From NCBI RefSeq assembly GCF_009914755.1, contig NC_060947.1: DNA of 64,000 bases. The stretch is one strand, 5' to 3'. The DNA is from the human T2T-CHM13v2.0 reference genome, Homo sapiens. Of the stretch, positions 31,592 through 48,440 are shown one piece after another (the first letter of the stretch is position 1; each line of letters begins with the position of its first letter). Made by a program: the position numbers and the translations under genes. The notes beneath the pieces were generated by a model. The model was not told the DNA's origin. It worked only from the letters and a program-made list of their open reading frames with translations, and ran no database searches.

Positions 31592-33594
31592 GAACAATTA
31601 CATGGAAATTATTGTGTAACTGAGGAAACAAATTTAACTGGATGAAGTAAATGCCACAAAAATGCAATAAACACTCAAATAACTATTTGCCATAAATCTA
31701 GTCTAAAATAATGACAATCATTTAAAAATTGCTGTATCTAAGTTGAGGAGTTAAAAATTGTTTGTGTTAATTTTTAATTCTTTATATTTGGACTATTGTT
31801 CATAAAAGTAATATCATAGAAATTACACTTATTATCAAATAGCAATATTATTTTAACAATGCTTTCATGAATCTCCAAAAGGTCCACATATGCTATTAAA
31901 TAGCCAGTTTTGACATATATACTTTCTATCTTTCTATAATTCCGTTGATGTCTTTGTTCAGTAAATGCAAAGATTAGTCCTGTGGGATGTTAAAGAACAC
32001 TACCAGCATCAGGTGCACTCTAGGTGTTTAGTAAAGAAAAATTGAATCCAAGAGAGAATAGCCACTTAGACACCTTTTCTTTGATATAAAGGACCAATAA
32101 ACGGACAGTCTCCCCAGGCAGCATCTCCTTTATCAGCCTCCATTAAAATGGTTCCAATACAGAAAGGTGTTAAGAAGTGAAAATCCACTAGACATACGCT
32201 TCACTACCCTCGTCTACAGCTCCCCCAGGAACGATACCCAAATTCCTTTAGTGCCCAGAGTATTCACAAAAGGGCCGGTCCTGACCTCCAAGATGTTTCA
32301 TAAATTATAAAGTCAAATCTATTGTCTACATCTCTGATGGTGAGAGGCAGGTATGGATGGAAGCATTGAGGGAAAACAAAATGTCAGGGTTTATTAACCC
32401 CAAGTAAGAGCGAGAAGAGTCCCATTTTTACTGCTGAGGATTTTATGACCCAGGGAGTTGACATACGTGACTATGTCTAGGGCAATATATCTTGATAGTG
32501 ACAAAGCTAGAACTTGAAGATATGTCTCATCATGGCCAGCCCACCATCATCCCCAGGGATTCACCAATGAGCCATCTTATCAACATGGTCCACAGAGGTG
32601 GGACCTACCATTACCATTCCCATCTCCTCCTCTGCTTTATTTGTTGCCATACGCCTTATTATCCTCTTATATCAATGAGGACAAGACTTTTGTCTTTGTC
32701 CATATCAGTATCCCCAAGAACACTTTGCATAAGCAATAGGTATTCAGTGAACGAATACAACAATAAAATTGCATCAACCTGAGTCTTAACATGTCCAAGT
32801 TCCCCAATTTAAAATTTCTCAACAATGGTAACAATCATCTCAAATTTTGCCTGCATAAAATGGTGCTCCAACAAGTCCCATCCACTTCTCAGCTACATCT
32901 TCTGGGTGCAACAGCCTGCTGAGCCCCAATCTGGGGGTTGCAGTGGATTTCCCAGGAAGCCAATCAAGTTCAAGGTGGCCCCTCACTTGTAGGAGCCCCT
33001 TCCATGGCACTGGAAGAGACCCAGGAAATGTGTTCACATGCAAATTATAAAATTTGCAAAATTAACCTATTTTCTTTTTGTTAAACTACATAAGCTTGCA
33101 TCTCACATGCCTAAATCCTGTAGAAGTGACAGGCTTTATATTTGACAATGACTTGCCCAGTGTTACTTGTGTCTACTGCTTATGATAGTTTCCTGGGGGA
33201 CCCATAAGTAGTGTAATCCTCTTGAGACTTGCAACTTTTTCTGGAGGTTCCAGTTCTCCTGGGTCCCTCCTGGCATTTCCAGGCAACTGCAGAACACTGC
33301 AGTGTCCCTGAGCTTTGCTAAACCATTGCTTTGGAATGTGCTGATAAACACATCTGCTGGTGCATTTCCCATTTTCTGTTTCTGAGGAGATCCTGAAGCC
33401 TTCTTGGATAATCAGGAGGAGAATCTGAACATGTCAAATCACATGTATTTGTAAATGAGAACAGCATGGTCAGAAATCAGAGCTAGAAGATGGGTTAAAT
33501 AGAACAACAGTAGGCGTTTCAAGAGGATAGCAAAAAAAGAGAGGGTTGAAGATATCCTACTATAAAATATCATCTGAAAAAGATAAACAGGCTA

Positions 33595-33843
<249 letters not shown>

Positions 33844-35029
33844 GATACAGGGGCTGATGAGAATGAATTATCGCCCACAGGAGGCTGTCCTTTTGACCAC
33901 ACTGCTGAATCAAAGTCAAAGGAGAGGTGTAGACAGGGGGAAACAAAATCCAATTTGTAGTCACAGAGGGAGTACTGGGTGAAAAACATTTTGAAAAGGA
34001 GTCGGGGCTCAACAGAACTAGTTTATCAATGAAAGACATTTCAAAGCCTTGAAAGAAAAATTACTAATGCCCATTGCTAATTAATCATTCTACAGATTCT
34101 CATGCAAATGTTCTTTGGATGGCTTTGATCTGCACTGACACCTGAAAGAAAGCACACAGTGTCTCCGGACGGGAGCGATGCCTGGGAGGCAATGGCATGT
34201 GTGGGTACACAGCCCCCTGTATGATCCCCTAATACCCTGGGAACTCTGGAGCCGCTGAGGGCGGCCAAGCCACAGAAAGCAGGGCTCCAGCCTAGCCCAT
34301 GCTAGGACCTCAGAGATGGCTCCACTGTGGCCCTTTACCTCCCAAACCACAAAACACACCCTGATCAAAAGCAGATGGCCTTCCCATGCCCTCGTCCTTA
34401 ACACCAATGCAAATCGCCTCCCAGAACTGTTCAATACTCCCATACTCACTGAAAGGAGAACTGAATACGTTAAGGTCTTGAAGAATTGGGGAGAAAAATG
34501 TTAAATAAAATTAACTAGATATTGGCAAAGTAACAAAACTGTTACCTCATCGATGGGGGAAAAAAAAGACTACTTGGGGAAAATTAAAGAGAAATCCTTT
34601 TTCAAAGCTATGTTCTCACCAATGGGTAGCCAAGTGTCTTCAATTTCGTAGTCTTACCTGATTTATAACAGGAGTTTGTCTGAGAGATAGACCTCATTTA
34701 AAATTTAAAATTATGTGAAATCAAGAAACGATTTCCCAAGTTGAGATCTCTCCACTGGCTTCCACAAGGTCACTCAATAATAAAACATTTTGAAGTGGGA
34801 AATTGCTCGTACAAAACTAGGCACATTGCCGCCTTCCTACCCACGTGGAATAAACTCCTGTCTGCCTAGTAGTTTAGCTGACATTTCATTTACTTTCCTA
34901 AAGTTTCAGCCACAATTAGTGATCAAAGACATCTGGGGTCCTGTCTCCCTAGGGTGTACTCCCAGGGAACATTCATTTTAGACAGCAGGTAAAGAAAACA
35001 AGGAAGTCGTTGGCACTGGCCTGATGTGC

Positions 35030-35376
35030 ATTTATTTTTTATTTACTTGGTTTTTTGTTTGGTTTTGTTTCTGTTTTTTGACAGAGCCTCACGGTGTCAC
35101 CCAGGCTACAGTGTAGTGGTACAATCACAGCTCAGTGACACCTACATCTCCTGGGCTCAAGCAATCCTCCACCTCAGCCTCCCGAGTAGCTGGGACTACA
35201 AGCATGCACCACCATGCCTGGCTAATTTTTTTTCCTCACTAATTTTTGAAAGATTTTTGTAGAGGTAGGGTCTTGCTATGTTGCCCAGGTTGGTCACTAA
35301 CACCTGGCTTCAGGCGATCCTCCCACCTCTGGCTCCCAAAGCGCTGAGATTACAGGTGTGAGCCACTGCACCTGGC
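35030..35376 (-). mobile_element. AluJ
   Basis: Reverse diverged dimer; TSD atgt(g/a)cattta. Confidence 0.93.
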
Positions 35377-35954
35377 CTCCCATGTACATTTAGTTTCTGA
35401 TTTTTGTTTTTAGGAATGATTCAACATGATACACATATTCATAAGAAATAGCAAAATAACCTAAAATGGAAGTTAGCAAGAAGAAATAAGAGGGAATGAG
35501 GACATCAAGTGGAATCTGTAAAGAGTGTGATACCAAACTACACTCTACTGAGTCCTCAACACCCACTGAATGTAGGCCACAAATTTGGATTTCAGCTTCC
35601 TAATTCCCAACAGGAAAAGAAGAACTTGATCAATTCCTACAATGCAAGTATTCACATAAGTTAAAAGCATGAAAGGAACCTGGAAGAACAATTATCCCCA
35701 ATACAAAATCTAAAAATAATTTTCTTCTGAAGTTAAGAAATATCACGTTCTAACAATAGAAGGTACTCAAGCATCCTCACCATGGCAAGGTTGAGGAGTT
35801 TCATAGAGCTCTTCTTCATGGCATGCCTCACACAAGGATAGCATCTCACCAAAGCAAAGTCAGTATCATCAATTCTACAGGGTCCAACAAATTGCATGAG
35901 CATAACCAGTCCTCTGTCCACCTGGACCAAACCAGTCTTTGTGCTTACTTATTT

Positions 35955-36270
35955 AATTAAATTTATTTATTTATTTATTTTTATTTTTGAGACAGAGTCT
36001 TGCTCTGTCACCCAGGTTGTAGAGCAGAGGCACGATCTCTGCTCACTGCAACCTCTGTCTCCCGGGTTCAAGCAATCCTCCTGCCTCAGCCTCCCGAGTA
36101 GCTGAGACTACAGGCATGCAGCACCACACTCGGCTAATTTTTGTATTTTTAGTAGAGACAGAGTTTCACCACGTTGGACAGGCTGGTCTCAAACTCCTGG
36201 TCTCAAGTGATCCACCCGCCTCAACCTCCCAAAATGCTGGTATTATAGGCATGAGCCACTGTGCCCAGCC
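35955..36270 (-). mobile_element. Alu (S/J)
   Basis: Reverse dimer, (TTTA)n tail; TSD tgcttactta. Confidence 0.95.
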
Positions 36271-36549
36271 ATCATGCTTACTTAGAATACTGAGTATAAT
36301 TCAGTATTATTATACTCACACTCACTCACACTAAGATCTGTTTCTTTTGTTCTTGCTTTTATCATCTGCTCACCTCTTCATTGCAGTTGCTTTAGATTTG
36401 GTCATCTCGGGGTGAAAGAAGAAATAGGGCTCAACCTGTAGCTATTGGAACAGGTCTACATGAACCCACTGTCATTTTGCTTGGATGCTCTCCTAGATTG
36501 AATGTTCCTGGACTGAGAGCCTAGTAACCAGATAGTGGATTCTTGTTAT

Positions 36550-36980
36550 CTACTCCAGTAAGTGAAGTGGTGCCTCCATCCTTGGAGTCATCCTGGACCT
36601 CTCTCCTCCCAATTTCAATCCTTCAGCAGATCCTGTAGGCTCCACCTTGAAAGTACTTCCCCACATACCTACAATCTCTGCCTTACTTCCTCCAGATTTC
36701 TGCTCAAGTGTACAAATACACATGACCTTTTTACCTTACTTGTCGGAAAATAAACACCCTCCTCAAACCCTAGTTCCCCTTATCTGGCTCAATTTTTCTC
36801 CCTGGTTCTCCTTACTAACCACAGTACTTGAATTGGCTCACTGCGTTTTTTGTCTGTCTCACGCTAGAAGGGAGTTTCATGTGGGCATGGTATGTGTCTG
36901 TCTTTTCACCCTATGGTCCAGAGTCCATAAAAGCTTTCAGCACACAGTAGGTATTCAATAAATATCCAGTGCATGAGTGA
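36550..36980 (+). mobile_element. L2 relic
   Basis: atccttcagcagatcctgtaggctccaccttgaaa...cacagtaggtattcaataaatat. Confidence 0.65.
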
Positions 36981-37879
36981 AGAAGGAGACAGCATGACAT
37001 GGGGTTGCAGAAAAGAAGCCAATGACTTTGTTTTCATGTTAAATTGTATTGAGTAGCAAGCATGATGCCACATTTGAGGGATTCAGTAGTGACCAGAACT
37101 GAAATGGCTATAGCCCTCCAGCCAGCTAAATCCCTTGGCACTGATCCTAAAAGACACAAAATTCATGGCTGTGAATATCAGCTTGAGCCTCAGATCCTTC
37201 TCTGTCTTTACTCTCAACTCCAAGCCATCCAGCCCCAGGGCTAGAGCTGACACTGCCTTCGTTAAACCTGTTCCCCTGGTTCTTGAAGCCAAATTTGGTC
37301 TTATGTCTCCCATAGGTCTGTATCAGGAGGGCAGATGATTCTGGCACAATACTTCAGTATAAACAAACCACATGTGTAACCAAAAAGCAACCAATAAAAT
37401 TAAGTACGAATGTTCCCCAGCAAAGACAATCTGTGCTCTGCTCCAAAGGAATAGAATTCCATAAAAGAAAAAAAGAAAGCTGTGGTTTTCTTGAAGGTCT
37501 ATCTCTATTCCATTCACCTGTACAGATATTTATCTCAGTAACCAAATATGTTTTTGACCTACTGCTAAAAATTCACCACCATGGGAACTAAAATAAAACA
37601 AAAGTCTTTTTACAAGCACAGATTTTACAAACCTCGATTCTTGCTTTCATCTCCGTTTTATTCACCAAGTGTAGAAGCAGTACACTTTCTAAAGAATTTA
37701 ACATAAAGAGCCTTTAACGTCTCCAAGAAGCAAAGTTCATGAAGAGCCCACCCTGTGATTCCCTGTCCCATGACTACGGCTCTCAGTACGGTGTGTTGAC
37801 ATGATTTCTCATCTGTTCACTGCTCTAGAATAGTCTATCAGCTCCTTAAAATCAGGGGCCGGGTGTCTCATTCAAAGTT

Positions 37880-38771
37880 TGGCAAGCTAAGCCCATTGGG
37901 AAATGAATCCACTCTGACATTTGCTTTTGTACAGCCCCATGGTGATATTTAATTTTCAAATGGTTGAAAAAAAATAATATTTTGTAACACCTGATAATTA
38001 TATGAAAATCAAACATCAGTGTCCAAACACGAAGTTTCAATGGGATGTAGCCATGCCCATTCATTGCCAGATTATCTATGGCTGCTTTCACGCTATGTCA
38101 GCTACATTAGCAGTCCCCAACCTTTTTAGCACCAGGATCTGGTTTTGTGGAATATATTTTTTTTTTCCATGGACTGGGTGAGGAGGAGGAGAATGGTTTC
38201 TGGATGATTCAAGAGCATTACATTTACTGTGCACTTTATTTCTATTATTATTACATTGTAATATATAATGAAATAATTATAAAACTCACCATGATGTAGA
38301 ATCAGTGTGAGCCCTGAGCTTGTTTTCCTGAAACTAGACGGTCCCATCTGGGGGTGATGGGAGACAGTGACAGATCATCAGGCATTAGATTCTCATAAGG
38401 AGCCTGCAACCTAGATCCCTCACATGTGCAGTTCACAACAGGGTTTGTTTGCACTCCTATGAGAACCTAATGTTGCCACTGATCTGACAGGAGGCGGAGC
38501 TCAGGTGGTGATGTGAGCCATGGTGAGTAGCTGTAAATACAGAATAAGCTTTGCTTGCTCACCCAGCACTCACCTCCTGCTGTGTAGCCTGGTTCCTAAC
38601 AGGCCATGGACCATTAGGGGTCCGAGGCCCTAGGATTGGGGACACTTGAGACACATCACCACAATCATGCTACGTCGTCACACTGAGTGGTTGCAACAGA
38701 GACAACTCTGTCCCAGGAAGCCCAAGACACTTGTCATCTGGCCCTTTAGAGAAATAATTTTCCAGCCCCTG
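37880..38771 (-). mobile_element. MER58B interrupted by MER1A
   Basis: aattatatgaaaatcaaa...atggctgctttcacgc on the left; gagtggttgcaacagaga...ctggccctttagagaaa...cccctg on the right. Confidence 0.78.
38108..38649 (+). mobile_element. MER1A DNA transposon
   Basis: gtccccaacctttttagcaccagg...ggcattagattctcataaggag...ttggggac; about 540 bp. Confidence 0.9.
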
Positions 38772-39969
38772 GTCTAATTTATCTCCTCCTCCCCACAGTG
38801 CAGCAAGGACCTAGAACATAGCTGATGTTCATCAGTGTTTATTAAAATGAACTGAAATTGTCAGCAAAACTCTGACCTCTGGAAATAATCTGAGATCCCC
38901 CAAATTATTATTTTGTTATCTTATAAAGCACTTCTAATACAATTAGCAAAGGCTCTAGCAATTACAAAGCAAACTCATCTCTCATAGAAAGTTCCCCAGC
39001 TAGGAAAAACTGGAGAAGGTAATTTTATCTGATGGTATGTCATTCAGTCCAAGTCCCTCAAAACATCAGTGGAGTAAGCAGAACTGTGGAATTGTTTCTT
39101 TGATTCCAGGAATCCTAGAATCAATACCCAACACCATTATCACACACACGAGCATTAGGCCTTGCCAAGGGTAGCAGCCAGTAAATATCAGGAATGGAGC
39201 TAAGGAATCAGAAAATTGAAAGAGGCCCCAATTTTTATGCCTACAATATCTGACCCAGCCACTACCTGCACATCTCCACTTCATAAGACATCTTTCTGCA
39301 TTCCCGCAAATGTGTCAAATTGGGAGAAAATCCTTCCTCATATCAAAGCAGGGCTAAACCTGTTGCCTCTCTACCTTTGATCCAGCAGTGATAGTTAAAA
39401 GCACAGGCTGATGCATTAGAATGCCTTGTTGTGAAATGTCCTAGGAGCCTGGCAAATTGTGTAGCCTTTCTCTGCCTCAGTTTTCTTGTCAATACCATGG
39501 GGACAAAAACATACCTGTGAGTCTTGCCCAACAATATTTAAGGCACCTACCTTTCATGATACGAGTCAGCCATACCCTGTCCATCCAGCTGCTTGGAACC
39601 TTTACTGCCCTCATCCTTTGGGGCAGACTTTCCATTTTCCTTTATGCCCTGAGCCACTCATTCATCCTCGTCTAAGTTGCTAAGCTTTTCTACTGAAGTT
39701 ATTGCAATCATTGCAAATATCTTCTTACCCATCTCCCTGCCTCCTGAGTCTCTACAAATTGGTTCTTCCCATGGAAGCCAGTACCTTTCTGCATGGCATG
39801 GATCCCTGTTCTGCAAAGTCCAGGCTCTTTGGAACACAGTTCTCAACGCCATACATGACTTGAAAAGCTCAACTCCCGATGTGAGGCTCTTGGCGTTCAC
39901 CCTCAGATGACCATATGTTCCCCCAATGAGCCAGTACCTCAGGTTCCCCAGACACATGCTGAGGGAGTC

Positions 39970-40995
<1,026 letters not shown>

Positions 40996-41349
40996 TAAGG
41001 TAATGCTTTATGCTCTGAGTACCTGGGGGTCACCTGCACTGGGAACCACTGGGAGTCTGTTCTCCTTCTCAAGTGACAGGGAAGCCATGGTATTTCTCAT
41101 CTACTACCTCCTGTCTATTGGCACTTGAGGGCAGTTCCCGAGGGCATTAACTCCCAGTACCTCTAGCCTGCTTCTCAGTCAGAATAGGGAAGTTTCCACA
41201 CTATGAGCAAGTTCTCAGATAGAGAGTGGCAGATGCAGCAGAAAGAGCTGTGGGTGCTCAATGTATTGGCAAGCACCATGGAAGGGACATGGTTAATGCC
41301 CTACTGCATGAGCTCAGCTATTTCTAATGCCTCAGATATGCCCTGGTGC

Positions 41350-41690
41350 CTCTTGCTTTCTTGTAACATGCTGTCCAACCTCCCTGTTGGACACGGCCAA
41401 ACCCCTCCACCTCCCACGCTTCCAATTAGCTAGCTCTTCCTCAGAGGTCAGCTTTAATTTGTCCCAGGGTTATGGGTCCTTCTCCTATTTTCCCTGCCAG
41501 TTCACTTATAGCATTTTCAAGCTGTTAAAATTTCCTCTTTATTGCTTGTTTTCCCTCCTAAGACTATGTACTGCTTAAAGGTTGGACTCATCTGTTTTTT
41601 AACCTCCATGCCAAAGATACTTACGAATTGTTCAATGAATATCTATCTGTTGGATGGATGAATTCATTCTGGGACTGAATGTATGAATGA
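41350..41690 (+). mobile_element. L2 relic
   Basis: Pyrimidine-rich body and ttcaatgaatatct...gttggatggatgaa end. Confidence 0.5.
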
Positions 41691-41920
41691 ATTTAATACT
41701 TGCTCTCAGGAGCAGTCTCACCTTAGAGGGGGTCACAAAAATTCGAATGGAATAATTGTAGCCATGGAACAACCTCCTTGATGAAGATATGCTGGAAAAT
41801 ATCTTCACAAGCCCTCAGATTACACCACCTAGATTAGAGGACTACCTCTTCTGCTCTCACTTTGCAGGTAAAGAGGCATGCACCAGAATGCTGTGGAAAC
41901 ATGATCAAGAGTGGATGGCA

Positions 41921-43172
<1,252 letters not shown>

Positions 43173-43603
43173 TGAACAAGAGCAGACATCAGCTTGACAC
43201 CCACTGAACACAGGGGAGCCAGCATAGAGGAGAAGGGGCTACCTTCCTGCATATAACATGAAACCCATCCCTGATAATGACTTCCGAGGCAGCTCTCTGG
43301 GCAACGCTGTCTTGTTCCATACACACAAAAACTTGTTTCTTGTTCCACACACACAAAAAGGTCTCAGGTGGACATGTGGACATTGTCTTTGGGAGACTGG
43401 CTTAGGTTTGTTTGTGTTCTCCCCATTCCTCTGCCTTCTCCTGACTAGGCATCAGACTCAAGTTTGGCCCTTGCACATACTTCTCCCTGATGAGTTATTA
43501 ATACTAACCTTTGCTTGCACCATGAACTTTAATGACATGCCCAAGGTCAGCCAGCTTGCCAGACTGGCTCTAAAACCCACCTCATTTTATGACCAAGAGA
43601 TAT

Positions 43604-43730
43604 GGCCAGGGACGGGGGCTCATATCTGTCATCCCAGCCCTCTAGGAGGCCAAGGTGGGAGGATTGCTTGAGCCCAGGAGTTCGAGACCAGCCTGGGCAA
43701 CATAGTGAGACCCTGTCTATAATTTTAAAA
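43604..43730 (+). mobile_element. FLAM_C-like Alu monomer
   Basis: Left monomer only, ends gcaacatagtgagaccctgtct. Confidence 0.88.
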
Positions 43731-44069
43731 AGAAAATTTTTAAAAAAGAGAAATGCATATAGACTTTAACCCAAAACTATGATATAATCTTGTTGAGAAT
43801 ACAAACTCTGCTTCATGCTTCCTATGCATACATGCCCTAAAGAATGTATAGAGTATCCTGTAAGTAGCATGTCTTTGATATATATTTATCATAATAAATA
43901 AAACTTTAATGGCCCAGAGAGTGCTACAAGCCGGGGCAGGCCTAGAAGCTGAACAGCAAACAAGAGGACAAGAGAACCACAGCAGTGCAAAGTAGAAGAC
44001 ATTTTTAAGTAACACACTACACATTACAGCAGTACACAGAGCAGCCAGGTGAGAAATTATGAGGATCTA

Positions 44070-44697
44070 GGTGGATGGGTCAGTTTTCTAGAAATGCCAC
44101 AATAAAGTCCCATAGACTGGGCAGCCTAAACAACAGACTATTTATTTTCCCACACCCCTGGAGGCTGGAAGTTGAAAATCAAGGTGTGGGCAGGGCTGGT
44201 TCCTCCAGAAGCCTCTCTCCTTGGCTTGTAGATGCTGTCTTCTCCCTGTGTCCTCATGTGGTCGACCCTCTGTGTGTGTCTATGTCCTCATCTCCTCTTC
44301 TTATGAGATGTCTTATTCATTTCAGGCTGCTATCACAGAATACCATAGACCGGGCAGTTTATAAACAACAGACATTTACTCTCCCACAGTCCTGAAGGCT
44401 GAAAGTCCAAGATCAAGGTGTGGGCAGGGTTGGTGCCTCCTGAGGCCCCTCTCCTGGGCTTGTAGATGTTGTCTTCTCCCTGTGTCCTCACCAGGTCATC
44501 CCTCTGTACATGTCTGTGTCCTCATCTTCTTACAAGGACAACCGGTCCTATAGGATCAGGGCCCTCCCTAATGACCTCATTTTACCTTAATTACCCCTTT
44601 AAAGACCCTAACTCCAAATACAGTCACATTCTGAGCAACTGGGGGTTAGGACTTCAACATCTGAATTTGCAGGGAAGACAGAATACAGCCCGTAACA
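44070..44697 (-). mobile_element. MLT1A/B MaLR LTR with a duplicated segment
   Basis: Two related units (ccatagac..ggcag..aaacaacagac...tcaaggtgtgggcaggg...cttgtagatg) followed by the LTR end cagcccgtaaca. Confidence 0.88.
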
Positions 44698-45334
44698 GTA
44701 GACTTTTTGGAATGCTACTGCCTGTTTGATTTTAATGCAGGATTATATTTGACTACAAGTCCAAACACTATAGCTAGCCTAGAAGGGTTGCAGCCATAAC
44801 AAAGGTAATAAAGAACCACCTTCCCCATGACCCCCATGTGGTCCTTGCCCCCTGATGGTCCTGGGCAAGCACAGTTGATCACAATCCCAATTAGCACTGT
44901 TACTTCTAGGAGCTTAAAAACAACAGCATCGCGTTTCAACTAGCCCTTCTGCCAGAGTGCATGTGCTACAATAACATACTGTAAGGGACGGACATCAAAC
45001 AGGAGCACATCCTCTCGGGGAAACTGCAAGAAAGAGGGTTTAAAACACTCCAATGAAATGGAGCAAGCTGCAATGACCATTAAGGACACGCTGAGCACAG
45101 AAAACTCAACAAAGATGAAAGAAGAAAGAGGAACTAAACCAACACTAGTCCTTGGTAAATTACATGAACCTCGTTTCTTGGTATCTTTTGATTACACTCA
45201 GGCCTGAGGCATCTGTAGTCCTGCATCAGGCTGATGCCCCTGAAGCCCAAGATCTCACTCCCAGCTCTGCTCTTAATGCAGGACCCACAATTTTTGCTTT
45301 CTTCTGTAAATGACCAGATAGTGGATATTTTAGG

Positions 45335-45505
45335 CAGGGATGGCTTCAAGGGTGAGCAAATTACAGTCACGCAGGGCCCCACATTTAGAAGGGGCCCAAC
45401 CTTGGTTTAATGCTTTGCCATCACTGTCTTCAGATTCTTAATTTTTCAAAGGGGCCTTGCATTCTCATTTTTCACCGGGTTCTGCGTATAACACCACAGG
45501 TCCTG
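45335..45505. mobile_element. MER53 hAT element
   Basis: caggg...cagggcccc...agaaggggccc...cttggtttaatgct...ggtcctg. Confidence 0.8.
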
Positions 45506-45637
45506 GTTTTCATCTTCGCGGGCCATGCAGTTTCCACTGAAATTATTTGACTCTGCCGGTGTAGTGCAAAATCAGCTACAGACCATAAGAAAATGAATAA
45601 GTGTGGCTGTGCTCCAATAACATTTCATGTGGGATGC

Positions 45638-46371
45638 TGTCATAGATTGGACTGTGTTCCCCCCAAAATTGATATGTTGGGCCCCCAGTACCCTGGAATG
45701 TGACCTTATTTAGAAATAGAGTCTTTGCAAATGTAATTGCTTAAGATGAGGTGTTTAGGGTGGGCCCTCACCCAATGACTGGTCTCCTTATAACAAGGAA
45801 AAATTTGTACATAGACAGAGATACACATAGAGGGAAAAAGATGTGGAGAAGGCCAGGTGCCGTGGCTCACGCCTGTAATCCCAGCACTTTGGGAGGCCGA
45901 GGCAGGCGGATCATCTGAGGTCAGGAGTTCGAGATCAGTCTGGCCAACATGGTGAAACCCCGTCTCTACTAAAAAAATACAAAAATTAGCCAGGCATGGT
46001 GGCAGGCACCTGTAATTTCAGCTCCTCAGGAGGGTGAGGCAGGAGAATCGCTTGAACCCGGGAGGCGGAGGTTGCGATGAGCCAAGATCGTGCTAGCCTG
46101 GGCAAAAAGAGTGAAACTCTGTCTCAAAATAAATAAATAAATAAAATAAAATAAAATAAAATAAAGATGTGGAGACATAGGAAGAACATCTACAAGCCAA
46201 GGAGAGAAGCCTGGAACTCATCCCTCCCTCATAGCCCTCTCAGAAGGAACCAACCCCACTGACACCTTGGTTCACACTTCCAGTCTCCAAAATTGTGAGA
46301 CAATAAATTTCTGTTGTTTAAGCAAAGCTGTTTGTGATACTTTATCACAGCAGCCTGAGCAAACTGATAAG
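45638..46371 (+). mobile_element. MLT1B-like LTR interrupted by an Alu
   Basis: gaatgtgaccttatttagaaatag...tgtgagacaataaatttctgttgtttaagc; TSD gatgc/gatac. Confidence 0.88.
45851..46164 (+). mobile_element. AluSx-like SINE
   Basis: Dimer with a small right-arm deletion; TSD aaagatgtggaga. Confidence 0.96.
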
Positions 46372-46542
46372 AGATACGGAAATTTAAATTGCATATAATT
46401 TTCATGTGTCAAAAAACATTCTGTTTCTTTGGATTTTTTTTTCATCATTTAAAAATGCAAAACCCATTCTTAGCTCATGAGCCATACAAAAATAGGTAGC
46501 AGGGCAGATTTGGGCTGCAGGCAGTAGTTTGCTGACTCCTAT

Positions 46543-46905
46543 TGAAACTGTGCCCCGAGGAGTTAAAGAAACCAATGACTAACAGAAATTCTTGAGTTTG
46601 CAGGATGGTAGATAAGAAAAGAAACAACCTGCTGAAATGCTGAAACTCCCTATGCTTGTAAGATAACAAAACTGGCTGAAATCAGTTGGAACCAATAGAT
46701 CCAACTGGAGCCTGCCCAGAACAAAGCTTGCTGACATCATGGCCTGAATTTCTATCTTGTGTTTCCTACTAACTCCCTCTGAATGTGATCCATGAAGTAC
46801 TGTGAAGAGGTAACTATGCCTGCCCAAGGACTTTCCATACCTTCCCTTTCCTTCCACCAATCAACCACTAATCCCAGGATCCACCTTTTCTAATAAAATT
46901 ATTAC
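46543..46905 (+). mobile_element. ERV LTR 5' portion (LTR47-like)
   Basis: tgaaactgtgcccc..gagttaaagaaacca.tgactaacagaaattcttgag resembles the LTR47 start as recalled; 3' end absent. Confidence 0.6.
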
Positions 46906-46909
46906 ATTA

Positions 46910-47603
<694 letters not shown>

Positions 47604-48259
47604 AGGGATTTTTTTTTTTAATATGGTACTTTGTAGCCTCTGGAACAGCAATACAGAAATTCCAGCCACTACAAAATAAATGTATGCGTGCATGCACACA
47701 CACACATACACACACACCCCTTTACCCTTTCAGTTGAGCCTTTTCCATAAACAAATTCACCCTCCCTTGATGAACTTGATTTGCAAGGCTAAAACCAAAT
47801 AAGGTGTAAGTTAAGAGGAGAGCCTGCTGACACAAGGGTACCCCACGGTCTCTGCAGATAGGTTTCTCCTCCTGGTAAAATCTCAACAGGCACAGAGGGC
47901 AAGAAAGAAGAGCAGCCACGGTGGTGTCTCTGCCTCCATCACAGGCTCTTCTGCATTCTTTCTCTAGCACCATTTCTCTTTTTGAAGAACTCAGTGATTA
48001 TGGCTTTTGGGGCACAATTTCACAGGTCCGCATAAGCAGATGTTTTTATGCATATCGTCTCCCCCAGGGCTCTCTTGTGAACACTGTATAAGCAGGCACA
48101 CAAAATGATGAACAAAGCGTCCCCAGGACCCCTCTGAGATAGAGTTGATCTCAGGCATGAGCAAGAGAACGACAAGACAAGCCTGAAGCATCCCGTCATG
48201 CTGCAAAGGCGGGACGTGCTCCCAGAATGACAGGCACTCATCCAACGGACGCAGCAGTG

Positions 48260-48440
48260 TGCTTCAAAATTCCCCACAAGTCAAACCTTGACAAACTGGA
48301 TATCAAAACAAATAATGGTGGGAATGGATTCCAACCCATTTCAATACTTCAGAACCCATGAGTCCATAGTGACAACACACAAATAAGAAGATAAAGCTCT
48401 GCCTTAAAACAGAAAGTAAATTACTAACTGCATAAAGAAA
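48260..48440 (+). mobile_element. Old L1 (L1MC-like) fragment
   Basis: aatggatt..aacccatt...ccatgagtccata. Confidence 0.45.

Larger units (their letters stand above)
45280..46540 (+). mobile_element. MER58B hosting MER53 and MLT1B
   Basis: Three collinear MER58B pieces: about 45280-45334, 45510-45637 and 46372-46540. Confidence 0.78.
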
